Program-made: the position numbers and the translations under genes | The notes under the pieces: model-generated | Told to the model about the DNA's origin: nothing | The model's input: only the letters and a program-made list of their open reading frames with translations | Databases searched by the model: none | Assembly (NCBI GenBank): GCA_947626095.1 | Contig: CANQQV010000003.1 | Span: 64,001 to 128,000 of the forward strand | Direction: 5' to 3' | DNA length: 64,000 nt | DNA from: an uncultured Bacilli bacterium | Lineage (GTDB): Bacteria > Bacillota_I > Bacilli_A > RF39 > UBA660 | Part shown: positions 30,218 to 41,167 of the stretch, piece after piece | Layout of the letters: every line of letters starts with the position of its first letter | Position numbering within the stretch: the first letter of the stretch is position 1

Positions 30218-31494
30218 CTAAAATCTTTTAATAAATCTTCTAACTCATTAAGTTCTTCATCACTAATTTCTTCCTTTTTAATTTCACTATTAAACCATAC
30301 TGGTTCTGATGTCGAAACTTTCTTATTCGTTTTATTTTCAATCTTCTTCATTATTTTACTATTTTCTTTTTTTGCTAACTCCATCGCTTCTTTAGCGGTT
30401 TGAACATTACATCTCTTCCATTGACTCGCAATTGTTTCAATATAAGCTTGATTAAGTTTATTATTATTTTTCTTTAGTGCATAATCAACTAAAACATTAA
30501 TAACTGCTGGCGGTAGCTCTAAATCAATCATTAAACATTCAATTATTTTTAAATCATGAGCTGTTGGTTTGGCTCCCTTATTCTTCATTCTTAAAAAGTC
30601 ATAAGGAGAAGTATTTTCAAACATATATATAATCTTCGCTAACGCTGAAGTTTCTCCCTCCGGTGTTTTTAAATACTCTGGTTGCGTACGATAAACTAAA
30701 GTTGGTAATTTACCATTGTTATTATATTGATAATACTTACGGGCATTCTTACGTAATTCTTCTTTATCAAAAGTACCCTTATCTGTAATAACCACTCTTA
30801 ATAATTCAATCATTTTCAAAGTATCTAAATCATAGATAAAAGCCAACTGCTCAATTAATTCTTTAACTTTCTTAGTTAACGCATTTTCTTTAACTAAACC
30901 TTTTGGCATTGACGATAGTAACAAATCAAAATCAATATTACTATCTAACTTAATATTTAGTGCAGTCTTTTCTCTAGCTTCAATTGGTTCAAAATTAGAT
31001 GAAGACTTATATGTCGCATTTAGCTCTTTTGATATATCATTATAATCTTTTAAATCAATCTTTGGTAACTCGTACTCTGAAACTATCAAATCATATTCTG
31101 TTTTACCAATATTATTATATAAAGTAACACTAAAGATTGGTGAAGCAAAAAACTCTTTTGGACTTAATGGTGAATATAATTCATAAACATATGAATTAGG
31201 TTCACCTTCCTTTAAATACGCTTTTAAAAGTCCAACTCCTTCTAACGATTCTCTCGCTAACCTAATTACTTCCAAACTACTTTTCATTATTGTCATTAAA
31301 TGATGATGCGTATGATCCGCACTAATTAAATCTAATAAATTAATATCTCTTAATAAAGTAAAATATAAGCTAACCGCAATAGGTCCTATTATTGGTTCAT
31401 ACAAAGAAATAATATTCTTTTTATCATCTTCAGTAATAATTGATTTATTAACAACTGTATAAGTATCTGCTGGTAATAAAGATATTATTTTCAT
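30214..31494 (-). CDS. dnaB: Bacillus-type replication initiation/membrane attachment protein DnaB
   Basis: LYEPIIG, LEGVGLL, VINVLVDY, YIETIASQW; operon with dnaI. Confidence 0.92.
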   Translation of the reverse strand: MKIISLLPADTYTVVNKSIITEDDKKNIISLYEPIIGPIAVSLYFTLLRDINLLDLISADHTHHHLMTIMKSSLEVIRLARESLEGVGLLKAYLKEGEPNSYVYELYSPLSPKEFFASPIFSVTLYNNIGKTEYDLIVSEYELPKIDLKDYNDISKELNATYKSSSNFEPIEAREKTALNIKLDSNIDFDLLLSSMPKGLVKENALTKKVKELIEQLAFIYDLDTLKMIELLRVVITDKGTFDKEELRKNARKYYQYNNNGKLPTLVYRTQPEYLKTPEGETSALAKIIYMFENTSPYDFLRMKNKGAKPTAHDLKIIECLMIDLELPPAVINVLVDYALKKNNNKLNQAYIETIASQWKRCNVQTAKEAMELAKKENSKIMKKIENKTNKKVSTSEPVWFNSEIKKEEISDEELNELEDLLKDFR

Positions 31495-31554
31495 ATGACC
31501 ACACCCTTAATATGTATTATAAACTACAATCATTTATTTTAAAAGAAAAAACGG

Positions 31555-32442
31555 CTAACAGCCGCCTTCTTCACCTACTTCACATTCACTACCTAAATAA
31601 CTAGCAATTAACTTTGTATACTCTTCAGATAATTTATTAACTTCTTCATCAGTTAAATCTCTTAAATTTTGTTTATCATCTAACTCATGACCATCAAGAG
31701 TTCCCTCATGGAAACCAACTATTTCACCACCTTTAACTGCTACTACTGTTGGTGTATTTAATCTTTTAACTCCTGTTTTAACTTTTTTACCTTTAGATGT
31801 ATATAAAACATATTCATCTAAATAATCAGCTAAAGAAGTAACTACTTCATAATAAGCATCACTAGCATCTTTCGTTTTCTTTGCTTTATTCTTATCGTTT
31901 AAATTATAAATATCACGAAGATCATTTTCTTCTTTATCATTAGGTCTTATATTAACATAGTATATTTTATCTAAGTTAGTACTACTCATTGCATTTAATA
32001 AAACCGGTACAGCACTACGACTATAAGCATCAGCAGCATAACCAAAATAGATTACTCCACTACCACTATCTAAAATATCATTTACTTCATCTAATGTTGT
32101 ATACACAATATTATTATCTTCAATAATCTTTATTTCTTTATTTTGTGTTCCATCACTCTTCGTTGTATTATTTAATTTTTCATATTCTTCTTTAAAACTA
32201 CGTTCATCATCTGTCATTTGATAACCAGGTTTATCACCATCATCTTTATGTTTATTATATTGAACAGCTAAATAACCACCTAAAAAGATTACAACTATTA
32301 AAACAGCAGCTAATAAAGTGCGACCATAACCATTTTCCTCACTTTTTATAACTTCTTCTTTCTTTTTATTATCTTCTTTTTTTACTTTCGTAACCTTTTT
32401 TTCTTTAGTTGTTTTTTGCTTTTTATTATTTTCTTTTGCCAT
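31555..32442 (-). CDS. Membrane-anchored thioredoxin-fold protein lacking CxxC
   Basis: GVIYFGYAADAYSRSAVPVL (CPWC expected), IYYVNI, TPTVVAVKGG cis-Pro strand. Confidence 0.7.
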   Translation of the reverse strand: MAKENNKKQKTTKEKKVTKVKKEDNKKKEEVIKSEENGYGRTLLAAVLIVVIFLGGYLAVQYNKHKDDGDKPGYQMTDDERSFKEEYEKLNNTTKSDGTQNKEIKIIEDNNIVYTTLDEVNDILDSGSGVIYFGYAADAYSRSAVPVLLNAMSSTNLDKIYYVNIRPNDKEENDLRDIYNLNDKNKAKKTKDASDAYYEVVTSLADYLDEYVLYTSKGKKVKTGVKRLNTPTVVAVKGGEIVGFHEGTLDGHELDDKQNLRDLTDEEVNKLSEEYTKLIASYLGSECEVGEEGGC

Positions 32443-32510
32443 ATAAATCTCCTTACTTCAAGTACTTATATTATAACAATTATCTAATTAATAGTAAAAT
32501 AAAATAGTAG

Positions 32511-33620
32511 CTATTCTACTATTTTATTACAAGTAACAGAATCAAAATTCATCTTCTTATCACCAATTATTATATCTTTACTATAAGTTTCATCACATAT
32601 CAAAATACTATAATCACTAAACTTATAAAGATTAGAATCATCTACTTCACTATGTATAACTTCTAATGGATTATTATATAATTCTTCAATTTGTAGCTTA
32701 TTACTAGATAAAGCATTTGCTAATTCATAATTATTATCAGGATAATTTATAAACATATCTTGAATACAATAAGTATAAATATCATTATCTAAATTACTAT
32801 ATACTAATCTTTTTTCACTACATACATTTTCACCAGTTATACCTACTTCAAAATCATTCAAATTTATATTACTAACAATCTTAGCTTCTCCCATATATAT
32901 TATATATTTACTATTATCTACTTCTAAATTTTTAACTAGACCAACTACCATTATTTCATCGTAAACATCATAATTATTTAATTCTGGTGTATTATTATTA
33001 AATAAGATTCTTAAAGTAATATTCGAAGCAAAACTAACCGCTCCATTTATCTGAACATCACTAACTTTATATGGTTGCATTTCTAAATAATTTTGCCCCG
33101 TCTTTTTACTTATCTTACCTTTAATTTTAGTGTATTTATTTTTATATTCTGCATAATTATCAACTACTGAATTTAAAAATGAATTAGAATCAATAACATC
33201 TATATCTTCCGCATTACATAAATAACCATTATTATTAAATAAATCAAAAATATACTTAGGTTCATCTTTATTACATTGCCATATTCTTAATCCTAATGAA
33301 TTATATACTTTAGTATTCCCTACACTCGTAATATTATAACTAAAAACAGGAATATGTTTAAAAGCTAAAGCCCCAAGTCCGTCGATTACCAAAGATAGTA
33401 AAAAAGTAACAAAAAACACTAAAACTAAAAAAACAGGTTTCAATTTTAAAGCTTTAACAATATTAATTGTTAATAAAATAATAGCTAATATCCACATGAT
33501 TGGCCTTATTGCACTAACCTCATTAACTGACATTGTCAATAAAATTATGACAATACTTATAGCTAAAGAAAACAAATTAAACTGACGTTTACCCTTTTTA
33601 TTAGTCTTACTACTTTTCAT
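32511..33620 (-). CDS. Hypothetical membrane protein (3 TM plus extracellular OB-fold-like domain)
   Basis: N-terminal TMs; YKNKYTKIKGKI...YDEIMVVGLV OB-like pattern. Confidence 0.65.
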   Translation of the reverse strand: MKSSKTNKKGKRQFNLFSLAISIVIILLTMSVNEVSAIRPIMWILAIILLTINIVKALKLKPVFLVLVFFVTFLLSLVIDGLGALAFKHIPVFSYNITSVGNTKVYNSLGLRIWQCNKDEPKYIFDLFNNNGYLCNAEDIDVIDSNSFLNSVVDNYAEYKNKYTKIKGKISKKTGQNYLEMQPYKVSDVQINGAVSFASNITLRILFNNNTPELNNYDVYDEIMVVGLVKNLEVDNSKYIIYMGEAKIVSNINLNDFEVGITGENVCSEKRLVYSNLDNDIYTYCIQDMFINYPDNNYELANALSSNKLQIEELYNNPLEVIHSEVDDSNLYKFSDYSILICDETYSKDIIIGDKKMNFDSVTCNKIVE

Positions 33621-33712
33621 ATTTTATGCTCCTACTAATAGTATAATCAATAATCAAAAAAAAAGCCATAAATAATTTAATATTTATAGCTTTTTTTATT
33701 GATTAACTATAA

Positions 33713-33985
33713 TTAGTTAATAGCGTCTTTAAGTTTGCTTCCTGCTTTGAATGAAGCTACATTTTTAGCAGGGATTTTAATAGCAGCTTTTGTTAAAGGA
33801 TTAATACCTTCTCTAGCAGCTCTTTTTTTAGAACTGAAAGTTCCGAAACCAACTAGAGCAACTTTACCTTCTTTTTTAAGTCCGCTAGTAATTCCTTCTA
33901 AAGTTGCATCAAGTGCACGAGCAGCGTCAGCTTTAGTTAAGCCTGCTTTAGCAGCAACGTATTCTACTAATTCTTGTTTTCCCAT
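33713..33985 (-). CDS. hup: Histone-like DNA-binding protein HU
   Basis: KQELV, GFGTF, RAAREGINP, FKAGSKLKD; start at 33985 after GGAGG. Confidence 0.96.
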   Translation of the reverse strand: MGKQELVEYVAAKAGLTKADAARALDATLEGITSGLKKEGKVALVGFGTFSSKKRAAREGINPLTKAAIKIPAKNVASFKAGSKLKDAIN

Positions 33986-34159
33986 AATTTTTTTACCTCC
34001 CAATAATAAAATTATCTCTGCAAGGTTTACCCTTACATATTAAAAATAACAAAAATACAAATTTAAATCAAGCTAAATCGCTTATTTTCTTTAAAAAAAT
34101 TGCATTTTACAGCCAAAAGAAAAGTATTAGTGTCAATTATCTAATACTTTTATCAACTT

Positions 34160-35257
34160 TTAATTATTTTCTGGAGTATTTTCTAAATTATTGTCCTCAC
34201 TTATCTCATTGTTGTTTTCACTCTCTTCTTCGCTTGGTAATGACTCTTCACTTTCTTCTATTTCATGATAATTAATAACACTATTATAAATATTAAAAGC
34301 ATTACTATACATATTAATAATATCTAGAGCTTTAACCTCTTCATTCGCATAAGACAAAGTTCCAATCATTTCTGTTACCATTGCTTCATATTCTGTTTTT
34401 GCTTCATCTGTATGATACACAACTGTAACTCCAATTAATAAACGAGATCCGCCATTAATAAAATATATTTGTACTGGCATTTTATTAATTTTAGTATTAA
34501 CTAAATAGGCATCTTTAGCACTTATTTTAATCTTTGAAACTGATGTATCAGTATAATCTTCATGAGTTGCTAAAGCTTTCTTTATTATTTCTTCATTAAG
34601 ATCACTTAATGTACTTTCACTTTGATCTAACTTAATTGATACTGTACTATCTTCATTTGTAATAACGACATTTCTACTATCTTCTGTTAAAAACCATGTC
34701 TTAGGCAAATCAAATTTATATCCATTAGAAGCTACTGCAATTGTTTCTGTTTTAGGCTTATTATCAGTTGACGTAGCAGGTTTACTTCCATTTAAAAACA
34801 TCATCGTGCCAATACCACCAACTACTAGTAACAACAAAATAATTAATAAAAAAGGTTTCTTTTTCTTCTTTGGTTTAACATCTTCATCTTTAACTAAAGG
34901 CGTTTGACTATCGTTTGCTAACTTTTCTTGTTTTCCCGCACTTGCATTAGACACTTGTGCACTTGCTTCAGTTGCTGGAGCAACTTCAGTTACCACAGGG
35001 GATTCCGGTGTAACACTAGCTAAAGCTGGTGCTGAATTATTTACTATTGCTCCCTGCTCATTTGGTGTAACATTAACATTAACTACTTGATTATCAACTT
35101 TATTTTCTGTAACCGGTGCCAATACTTCTGGACTACCTGCTACCACATTATTATTTACTACATTTGTTTCTGGAGTGTTAACTAAATTATTTCCACATAT
35201 TGGACAAGTTGTAACCCCTGGTTCTAGAGGATTTCCACATTTTGGACAATTATTCAT
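34160..35257 (-). CDS. Zinc-ribbon plus low-complexity linker, TM and PsbP/DcrB-like extracellular domain
   Basis: CPKCG..CPICG, central TM, FDLPKTW. Confidence 0.75.
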   Translation of the reverse strand: MNNCPKCGNPLEPGVTTCPICGNNLVNTPETNVVNNNVVAGSPEVLAPVTENKVDNQVVNVNVTPNEQGAIVNNSAPALASVTPESPVVTEVAPATEASAQVSNASAGKQEKLANDSQTPLVKDEDVKPKKKKKPFLLIILLLLVVGGIGTMMFLNGSKPATSTDNKPKTETIAVASNGYKFDLPKTWFLTEDSRNVVITNEDSTVSIKLDQSESTLSDLNEEIIKKALATHEDYTDTSVSKIKISAKDAYLVNTKINKMPVQIYFINGGSRLLIGVTVVYHTDEAKTEYEAMVTEMIGTLSYANEEVKALDIINMYSNAFNIYNSVINYHEIEESEESLPSEEESENNNEISEDNNLENTPENN

Positions 35258-35321
35258 TTACTTATGCCTCCTATTATATATAACTATTATAATATATTAA
35301 AAATAAAAAAGCCATAGTATT

Positions 35322-36800
35322 TTATAACACTATAGCTATTAAGTTACTAGAACCTTTATTAACAATCTTCGTAATTGTCTGGGTTAATTTATATCTTGTA
35401 GTTTCAGGTACAACCGATAATTTAGCTTGAATTCCCTCCTTAACTATAACATCTAAACTACGACCAAATATCTCACTACGCCAAATATTTGTTGGATCTG
35501 TTTCATAGTCCTTCATCAAATAACTAATTAATTCCTTACTCTGTAATTCACTACCAATAATTGGTTCAAACAAACTTACAACATCAGCTTTAATAATATG
35601 ATACGAAGATGCCGTTGCTTTTAATTTAACTCCATACCTACTACCTTGTTTAACTATTTCTGGTGTATCAAGTTGCATATCCTTTAATGTTGGATAAACA
35701 ATTCCATATCCTGTTTGTTTGGCTGTTTTTATCGCTGCTTTTAAAATATCTGTTTCTTCTTTAGTCTCTTTATAAGAACTAAATATTTTAAGCATTCCTG
35801 CCTTGGTATTAACTGTATCTCCCATCATTTCATTTAATACTTCATTATACAAATCATCTTCACTATCTAAATTAATATTAACTATTCCTGTTGCTGTATC
35901 GACATTACTAATATAAGCTTTCGAAATATACTTACTTTCTTTAAAATAACTTAATATTTCATCAACATCTTTTAACTTAGTAACACTTAAAGTACTTGAT
36001 TTAATTTTTGTTAAATACTCTTCCTTTACTGGATGATTATTACTTAAAATATGCACCCATTCTGGTAATTTAATCTGAATATCTAAAACAGGGAATTCAT
36101 ATAATGCCGCTTTTAAAATATCATAAATTTCATATTCGGTCATTGATTCCACACTAATCGGTAAAACTGGAACATTATGCTCTTCTTTTAATTTACGTGC
36201 TAGTTCCTTAGTACCAATATCTTCAGGATGCGTTGTATTTAATATCACAATAAATGGCTTATTAATTTCTTTTAACTCATTAATAACCTTTTCTTCAGCT
36301 TCTACATAACTTTCTCTTTTAATCTCTCCAAAAGAACCATCACTAGTAACTACAATCCCTATTGTTGCATGATCTTTAATAACTTTTTCTGTTCCAATTT
36401 CTGCTGCTGTTTCAAAATTAACTGGTTCCTTAAACCATGGTGTTAAAACCATACGGGGATTACCATTTTCATCTTCATAACCATTAGAACCAGGAATAAT
36501 ATACCCAACACAATCAATTAACTTAACATTCGTTTCAAATTCTTCAACTTTTATTTTCGCCCCATTAGAAGGTACAAATTTAGGTTCTGTTGTCATAATC
36601 GTCTTCCCTTGAGCACTTTGGGGAATCTCATCTAAACAATGCTTCTTTTCGTATTCATCCGTAATATTAGGTACCACTAAGTTTTCAATAAATCTTTTAA
36701 TAAAAGTTGATTTTCCTGTTCGAACAGCACCTACAACCCCTAAATATATTTCACCATTACCCCTCTTAGAAATTGATTCTATTATTTTGTTATCTTTCAA
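35322..36800 (-). CDS. spoIVA: Stage IV sporulation protein A (coat ATPase)
   Basis: IYLGVVGAVRTGKSTFIKRF, MTTEPKFVP, IDCVGY, ALYEFPV, SEIFGRSL; probable TTG start 36800. Confidence 0.97.
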   Translation of the reverse strand: MKDNKIIESISKRGNGEIYLGVVGAVRTGKSTFIKRFIENLVVPNITDEYEKKHCLDEIPQSAQGKTIMTTEPKFVPSNGAKIKVEEFETNVKLIDCVGYIIPGSNGYEDENGNPRMVLTPWFKEPVNFETAAEIGTEKVIKDHATIGIVVTSDGSFGEIKRESYVEAEEKVINELKEINKPFIVILNTTHPEDIGTKELARKLKEEHNVPVLPISVESMTEYEIYDILKAALYEFPVLDIQIKLPEWVHILSNNHPVKEEYLTKIKSSTLSVTKLKDVDEILSYFKESKYISKAYISNVDTATGIVNINLDSEDDLYNEVLNEMMGDTVNTKAGMLKIFSSYKETKEETDILKAAIKTAKQTGYGIVYPTLKDMQLDTPEIVKQGSRYGVKLKATASSYHIIKADVVSLFEPIIGSELQSKELISYLMKDYETDPTNIWRSEIFGRSLDVIVKEGIQAKLSVVPETTRYKLTQTITKIVNKGSSNLIAIVL

Positions 36801-36828
36801 ATATAACACCCCTATCATTTTCTAATTA

Positions 36829-36857
36829 AGTTTATGGACTATATCTCTTTTTTAGAA
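36829..36857 (-). promoter_or_regulatory. SigE-type promoter of spoIVA
   Basis: TTCTAAA, 14 nt, CATAAACT. Confidence 0.6.
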
Positions 36858-36887
36858 CAAAAAAACTAAATTACCAAATAATCTAGT

Positions 36888-37571
36888 CTATTTTTGATAA
36901 ATATCATCTAAAAGCCATGTCTTAGAAAATAATTCAACAATACCCGTTTCACAATAAGGACATGCTTTAAATCCTAATCCCTTTATTGGTGCTCCACAAT
37001 TAGGACAATTTAAACTTATATTCCCTTTTACTTCATCATAAATATATATAAACTCTGTATTTAATCGATCCTGTACTTTATCATTATCTTTATAATACTC
37101 TAAACCAGTTTGTAAGGTTATTTTACATAATCCATCTTTATTGTCATAAGCATTTAACACTGTCCTATGAATTTTAATTTTTGAATATTTAGCCTTATTA
37201 CTCTTTATATTTTCCTTAATTTTATTCTCTAATTTATCAGTAATATTAGGAATATCCTTAAATTCCTTTTCACTTAATGAAGAATAATAAGTTAAAATTG
37301 CATTCTCTGCTATACTTTTTATTTCACTAATATTAATATTAGGAAAATCTTTATTAATCTTAGGCAACAAAACCGTATCTAATCCTGATAAAGATTTAGG
37401 TGTTTCACTATATTCAATCTCCTGGTTTCTAAATCCATCGACAATATTTTTTGTTCCCAAAAATCTCAAAGAAAAACGTTCTATTTTACCTTTGACATAA
37501 AAAACTAAAAATATTAAAGATATTATAATTGCTAAAATTAAAACCAAAATAATTATTAATGGTATACTCAT
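36888..37571 (-). CDS. TM plus Tim44-like domain plus C-terminal zinc ribbon protein
   Basis: INKDFPN, CPNCGAP..CPYC, WLL. Confidence 0.75.
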   Translation of the reverse strand: MSIPLIIILVLILAIIISLIFLVFYVKGKIERFSLRFLGTKNIVDGFRNQEIEYSETPKSLSGLDTVLLPKINKDFPNINISEIKSIAENAILTYYSSLSEKEFKDIPNITDKLENKIKENIKSNKAKYSKIKIHRTVLNAYDNKDGLCKITLQTGLEYYKDNDKVQDRLNTEFIYIYDEVKGNISLNCPNCGAPIKGLGFKACPYCETGIVELFSKTWLLDDIYQK

Positions 37572-37656
37572 ACTATCACATCCATATAAATTATATCATA
37601 AATAATTTGTTTTATATTTATTTATATTATGTTATAATAATTAATAGTAAAGAGGT

Positions 37657-39192
37657 GTGTTTAATATGGATAAAAATATTAAAGACAATAAAGAAAATAA
37701 TGTTCATATTGAACAAGTTACTCCCGAACGCCAAATATCAAATGAAGAGAGAAAAGCTATTATTAAATTTACTGATAATGAAGAACAACTAAGTAAAACT
37801 CAACAATTTAGATTATTAAATTCAAAAAAGAAAAAAGATGACTTTGAATTACCGCGTAAAAAAGTCGGTTTAGGCGAAACAATTAAAATTAAAATAAGTG
37901 ATTTAAGAGCTAAAATAGACGAAGAAATGGAAATGCCAACTCTTAAAAAGAAAAAATCACTTTATGATACTGTAATTATCAAATTAGATGATTTAATCAA
38001 TAATCACAAAGCTCTAAAAACAAATAATTTACAAAAAATTATTAATGTTGAAGAAACCCAAATTGAAAAAAAATTTCATTTTTTCAAACCTCGCGATATT
38101 ACTAAAAATAAAAACATTAAAATCAATGTTGAAAGTGAAGAATTTGGTCGTCAACTATACAATATCAATCGTCTAGCTTTAATCAATTTAAGCAATCAAA
38201 AAGATCAAACCGTTAGAAAAGCTTCAATTGCTAGTCGTATTGGTCGTATTGAAAAAATAAAAATAAGTAAAAATAATTACCTAAAATACCAAACAAAATT
38301 AAATAAATTTGCTATCAACAAACTTTACTATAAGTTTGCTCCTAAAGAAACTAAAAAATATAAAATATATAAATATAGCGTTATTGTTTCAAGTTTCTTA
38401 TTATTTCTAACCAGTTTCTTTATTGTCAATTGGTTCGTTCAAGGTATCCAAATTAATAGTTTAAGCAATGCTATTGCTGAAGAAACTCCTATAGTAAGTA
38501 TCGAAGATGAAGGAACTATTATTACTACCCAAGAACCAATAGAAGACGAAATAGAAGGTCAAATTAATGAAAAACCTGAAAATAAAGAATCGCTTTACTG
38601 GAAATATCTAAACACTCCACTATCTTCTGTTGATTTTACCGAGTTAATAAAACAAAACAGTGATACCGTTGCTTGGATTATTATGAATAATACTAATATT
38701 AATTACCCAATAGTTCAAACTAAAGATAATGATTATTATTTAAGTCATGATTTTAATAAAAAGAAAAATCAAGCCGGTTGGGTTTTTGCTGATTTCAGAG
38801 ATAATTTTAGTAACTTTAATAATAACATGATTCTTTATGGTCACGGACGTAAAGATGGTGTTATGTTCGGTTCACTTAATAATGCATTAAAAGCTAAATG
38901 GTATAAAGATCCTGATAATCAAATTATTCAATTATCAACTATTAAATATAATACTATGTGGCAAATATTCTCTATATATAAAATTCAAGCCGAATCATAT
39001 TATATTACTACTGACTTTGCTAGTGAAGAATCATATCAAACCTTCATTAATACTATGAAAAAACGAAGTATTTATGATTTTGGTGTTAAGGTTACCACCA
39101 ATGATAAACTACTTACATTATCAACATGTTATAACAATAATGGTATTAGAATTGTTGTTCAAGCTAAACTAGTTAAAATTCAAGAAAGATAA
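37657..39192 (+). CDS. srtB: Class B sortase with long charged N-terminal extension
   Basis: NSDTVAWI, INYPIVQ..DNDYYL, LYGH, MFG, LTLSTC, R. Confidence 0.9.
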   Translation: MFNMDKNIKDNKENNVHIEQVTPERQISNEERKAIIKFTDNEEQLSKTQQFRLLNSKKKKDDFELPRKKVGLGETIKIKISDLRAKIDEEMEMPTLKKKKSLYDTVIIKLDDLINNHKALKTNNLQKIINVEETQIEKKFHFFKPRDITKNKNIKINVESEEFGRQLYNINRLALINLSNQKDQTVRKASIASRIGRIEKIKISKNNYLKYQTKLNKFAINKLYYKFAPKETKKYKIYKYSVIVSSFLLFLTSFFIVNWFVQGIQINSLSNAIAEETPIVSIEDEGTIITTQEPIEDEIEGQINEKPENKESLYWKYLNTPLSSVDFTELIKQNSDTVAWIIMNNTNINYPIVQTKDNDYYLSHDFNKKKNQAGWVFADFRDNFSNFNNNMILYGHGRKDGVMFGSLNNALKAKWYKDPDNQIIQLSTIKYNTMWQIFSIYKIQAESYYITTDFASEESYQTFINTMKKRSIYDFGVKVTTNDKLLTLSTCYNNNGIRIVVQAKLVKIQER

Positions 39193-39217
39193 AAGGAAGA
39201 TTTAAAAATCTTCCTTT
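39191..39217. terminator. Bidirectional terminator srtB/fhs
   Basis: AAAGGAAGATTT-A-AAATCTTCCTTT-type inverted repeat between convergent genes. Confidence 0.8.
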
Positions 39218-39222
39218 ATTTT

Positions 39223-40836
39223 TTATGATAAACCAATTATTTCTCCATCCACTAAATGAATCTTTTCATAATTTGGTTCCTTTGGTAAACCAGGCATAGT
39301 AATAATACTACCTAAATAAATTGTAATAAAACCAGCCCCATTATATACTTTAATATTTTTAACTGTTACTTCATAATCTTTTGGATAACCTAATACATCT
39401 TTATTATCAGATATTGAATACTGAGTCTTAGCAATACAAATTGGTTTCTTATCTAACTTATTATCTTCTAGCATCTTAATCATTTTTAAGGCGCTTTCAC
39501 TATAATTTATTTTACCAGCATTATAAATATCTTTAACAATACGTGATACTTTATCTTGTAATGGTAAATCCAAGCTATATAGTTCTTTGTATTTACTTTT
39601 TTTATTTACCATTTCTAAGACTTCATTAGCTAATGGAATTGCTCCTATTCCACCATCTTTATAAGCTGTTGAAACTGCAAATCTAACCTTTAACTTAGTT
39701 ACATAATCTTTAACATATGCAATATCTTCATCTGTATCATTATCGTATTTATTTAAGCAAACAATAATATTATCTGTTATATTCTTCATAATATTTATAT
39801 GTGCTTCTAAATTAGCAATTCCTTTTTTAATATCATCATTACCATTGTATTTTAAAGCTTTAATTGTTGTAACTAATACTGTTACATCAGGACATAAATT
39901 ATTCAAACGACATTTAATATCATAAAATTTTAAGGCACCTAAATCACTACCAAAACCAGCTTCAGTAATACAATAATCACTTAAAGCTAAAGCCGTTCTA
40001 GTAGCAATAATACTTGAACAGCCATGAGCAATATTGGCAAAAGGCCCACCATGGACTATTACTGGATTATGTTCCAAAGTCTGTACTAAATTTGGTTTAA
40101 TAGCATCTTTAAGTAAAACTAACAATGAACCAGTTATATTGAAATCTTTAACAAATAAAGGTTTATTATCTTTCGTAAATCCCACTAAAATACTATCTAA
40201 TTTATCTTTTAAATCATCCATATCTTTCGCTAAACATAAAATAGCCATTATTTCACTTGCTGCTGTTATATCAAACTTTTCTTGACGATGATAATTCTTA
40301 CTATTAATAGTTATATCTTTTAATGCACGATCATTAACATCTAAACAACGATTAAAAACTATATTATTTTCATCTATATTAAATTTATTACCTTGAAAAA
40401 TATGATTATCTACGGCTGCACAAATCAAATTATTCGCCGCCGTTATGGCATGAAAATCACCAGTAAAATTAAGATTAATATCTTCCATTGGAATAACTTG
40501 TGAATATCCTCCACCAGTTGCTCCACCTTTAATACCAAACACTGGCCCCAAAGAAGGTTCCCTTAAAGAAGCAACCGCCTTATGCCCTTCATGACATAAT
40601 GCATCTAACAATCCGATTGATACTGTTGTCTTACCTTCACCAAAAGGCGTTGGTGAAGTTGCTGTTACCAATATTAATTTGCCTTTTTTATTACTTTTAA
40701 CTTTTTCATAGTCAATCTTCGCCTTATAATTACCATATAATTCCAAATTATCTTTTAAATTTAACTTATCAGCAATTTTTGTAATTGGTTCTAATTGCAC
40801 ACTATGAGCTATTTCAATATCTGTCATTTTTATCAC
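39223..40836 (-). CDS. fhs: Formate--tetrahydrofolate ligase
   Basis: PTPFGEGKTT, LREPSLGP.FGIKGGATGGG, HGGPFANIAHG, TEAGFG, TMPGLP. Confidence 0.97.
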   Translation of the reverse strand: MIKMTDIEIAHSVQLEPITKIADKLNLKDNLELYGNYKAKIDYEKVKSNKKGKLILVTATSPTPFGEGKTTVSIGLLDALCHEGHKAVASLREPSLGPVFGIKGGATGGGYSQVIPMEDINLNFTGDFHAITAANNLICAAVDNHIFQGNKFNIDENNIVFNRCLDVNDRALKDITINSKNYHRQEKFDITAASEIMAILCLAKDMDDLKDKLDSILVGFTKDNKPLFVKDFNITGSLLVLLKDAIKPNLVQTLEHNPVIVHGGPFANIAHGCSSIIATRTALALSDYCITEAGFGSDLGALKFYDIKCRLNNLCPDVTVLVTTIKALKYNGNDDIKKGIANLEAHINIMKNITDNIIVCLNKYDNDTDEDIAYVKDYVTKLKVRFAVSTAYKDGGIGAIPLANEVLEMVNKKSKYKELYSLDLPLQDKVSRIVKDIYNAGKINYSESALKMIKMLEDNKLDKKPICIAKTQYSISDNKDVLGYPKDYEVTVKNIKVYNGAGFITIYLGSIITMPGLPKEPNYEKIHLVDGEIIGLS

Positions 40837-40856
40837 CCAGAATTAGTATATAATAT

Positions 40857-41099
40857 TTAAAACATTTTATCTACACTTTTAGGTACTTTTCCTTTTAAGA
40901 TTGTTTCAACAATCTTATCTTCTTTCTCTTTAGATACACTCTTCCCTGTTAAATTAGATAAAGTTGTAATAACTTCTCTTAAAGATTCCTCATCTTTTAA
41001 ATTACCATTTTGTAATTTTGTTGCTAAAGAAAGAATCGTTTCTTTATCAACTTTTGTCTTTTTTTCTACTTTAGCAAAAAATTTATCATCAAAATTCAT
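40857..41099 (-). CDS. spoVIF: Stage VI sporulation protein F
   Basis: FFAKVEKKTKV..I..LA..LQ..NLKDE..LR.VI..LS...GK.VSKEKEDKIV. Confidence 0.88.
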   Translation of the reverse strand: MNFDDKFFAKVEKKTKVDKETILSLATKLQNGNLKDEESLREVITTLSNLTGKSVSKEKEDKIVETILKGKVPKSVDKMF

Positions 41100-41114
41100 A
41101 AAATCACCTACTAT

Positions 41115-41167
41115 ATTCTATGAAAGAATTTATTTAATGTATAATAAGTTCTATTTTTATCATAATA
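41115..41167. promoter_or_regulatory. Overlapping divergent sporulation promoters: SigK-type (spoVIF) and SigG-type (DUF1540 gene)
   Basis: Minus: AC, 16 nt, CATAGAAT (41140-41115). Plus: GTATA, 17 nt, CATAATA (41139-41167). Confidence 0.6.
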
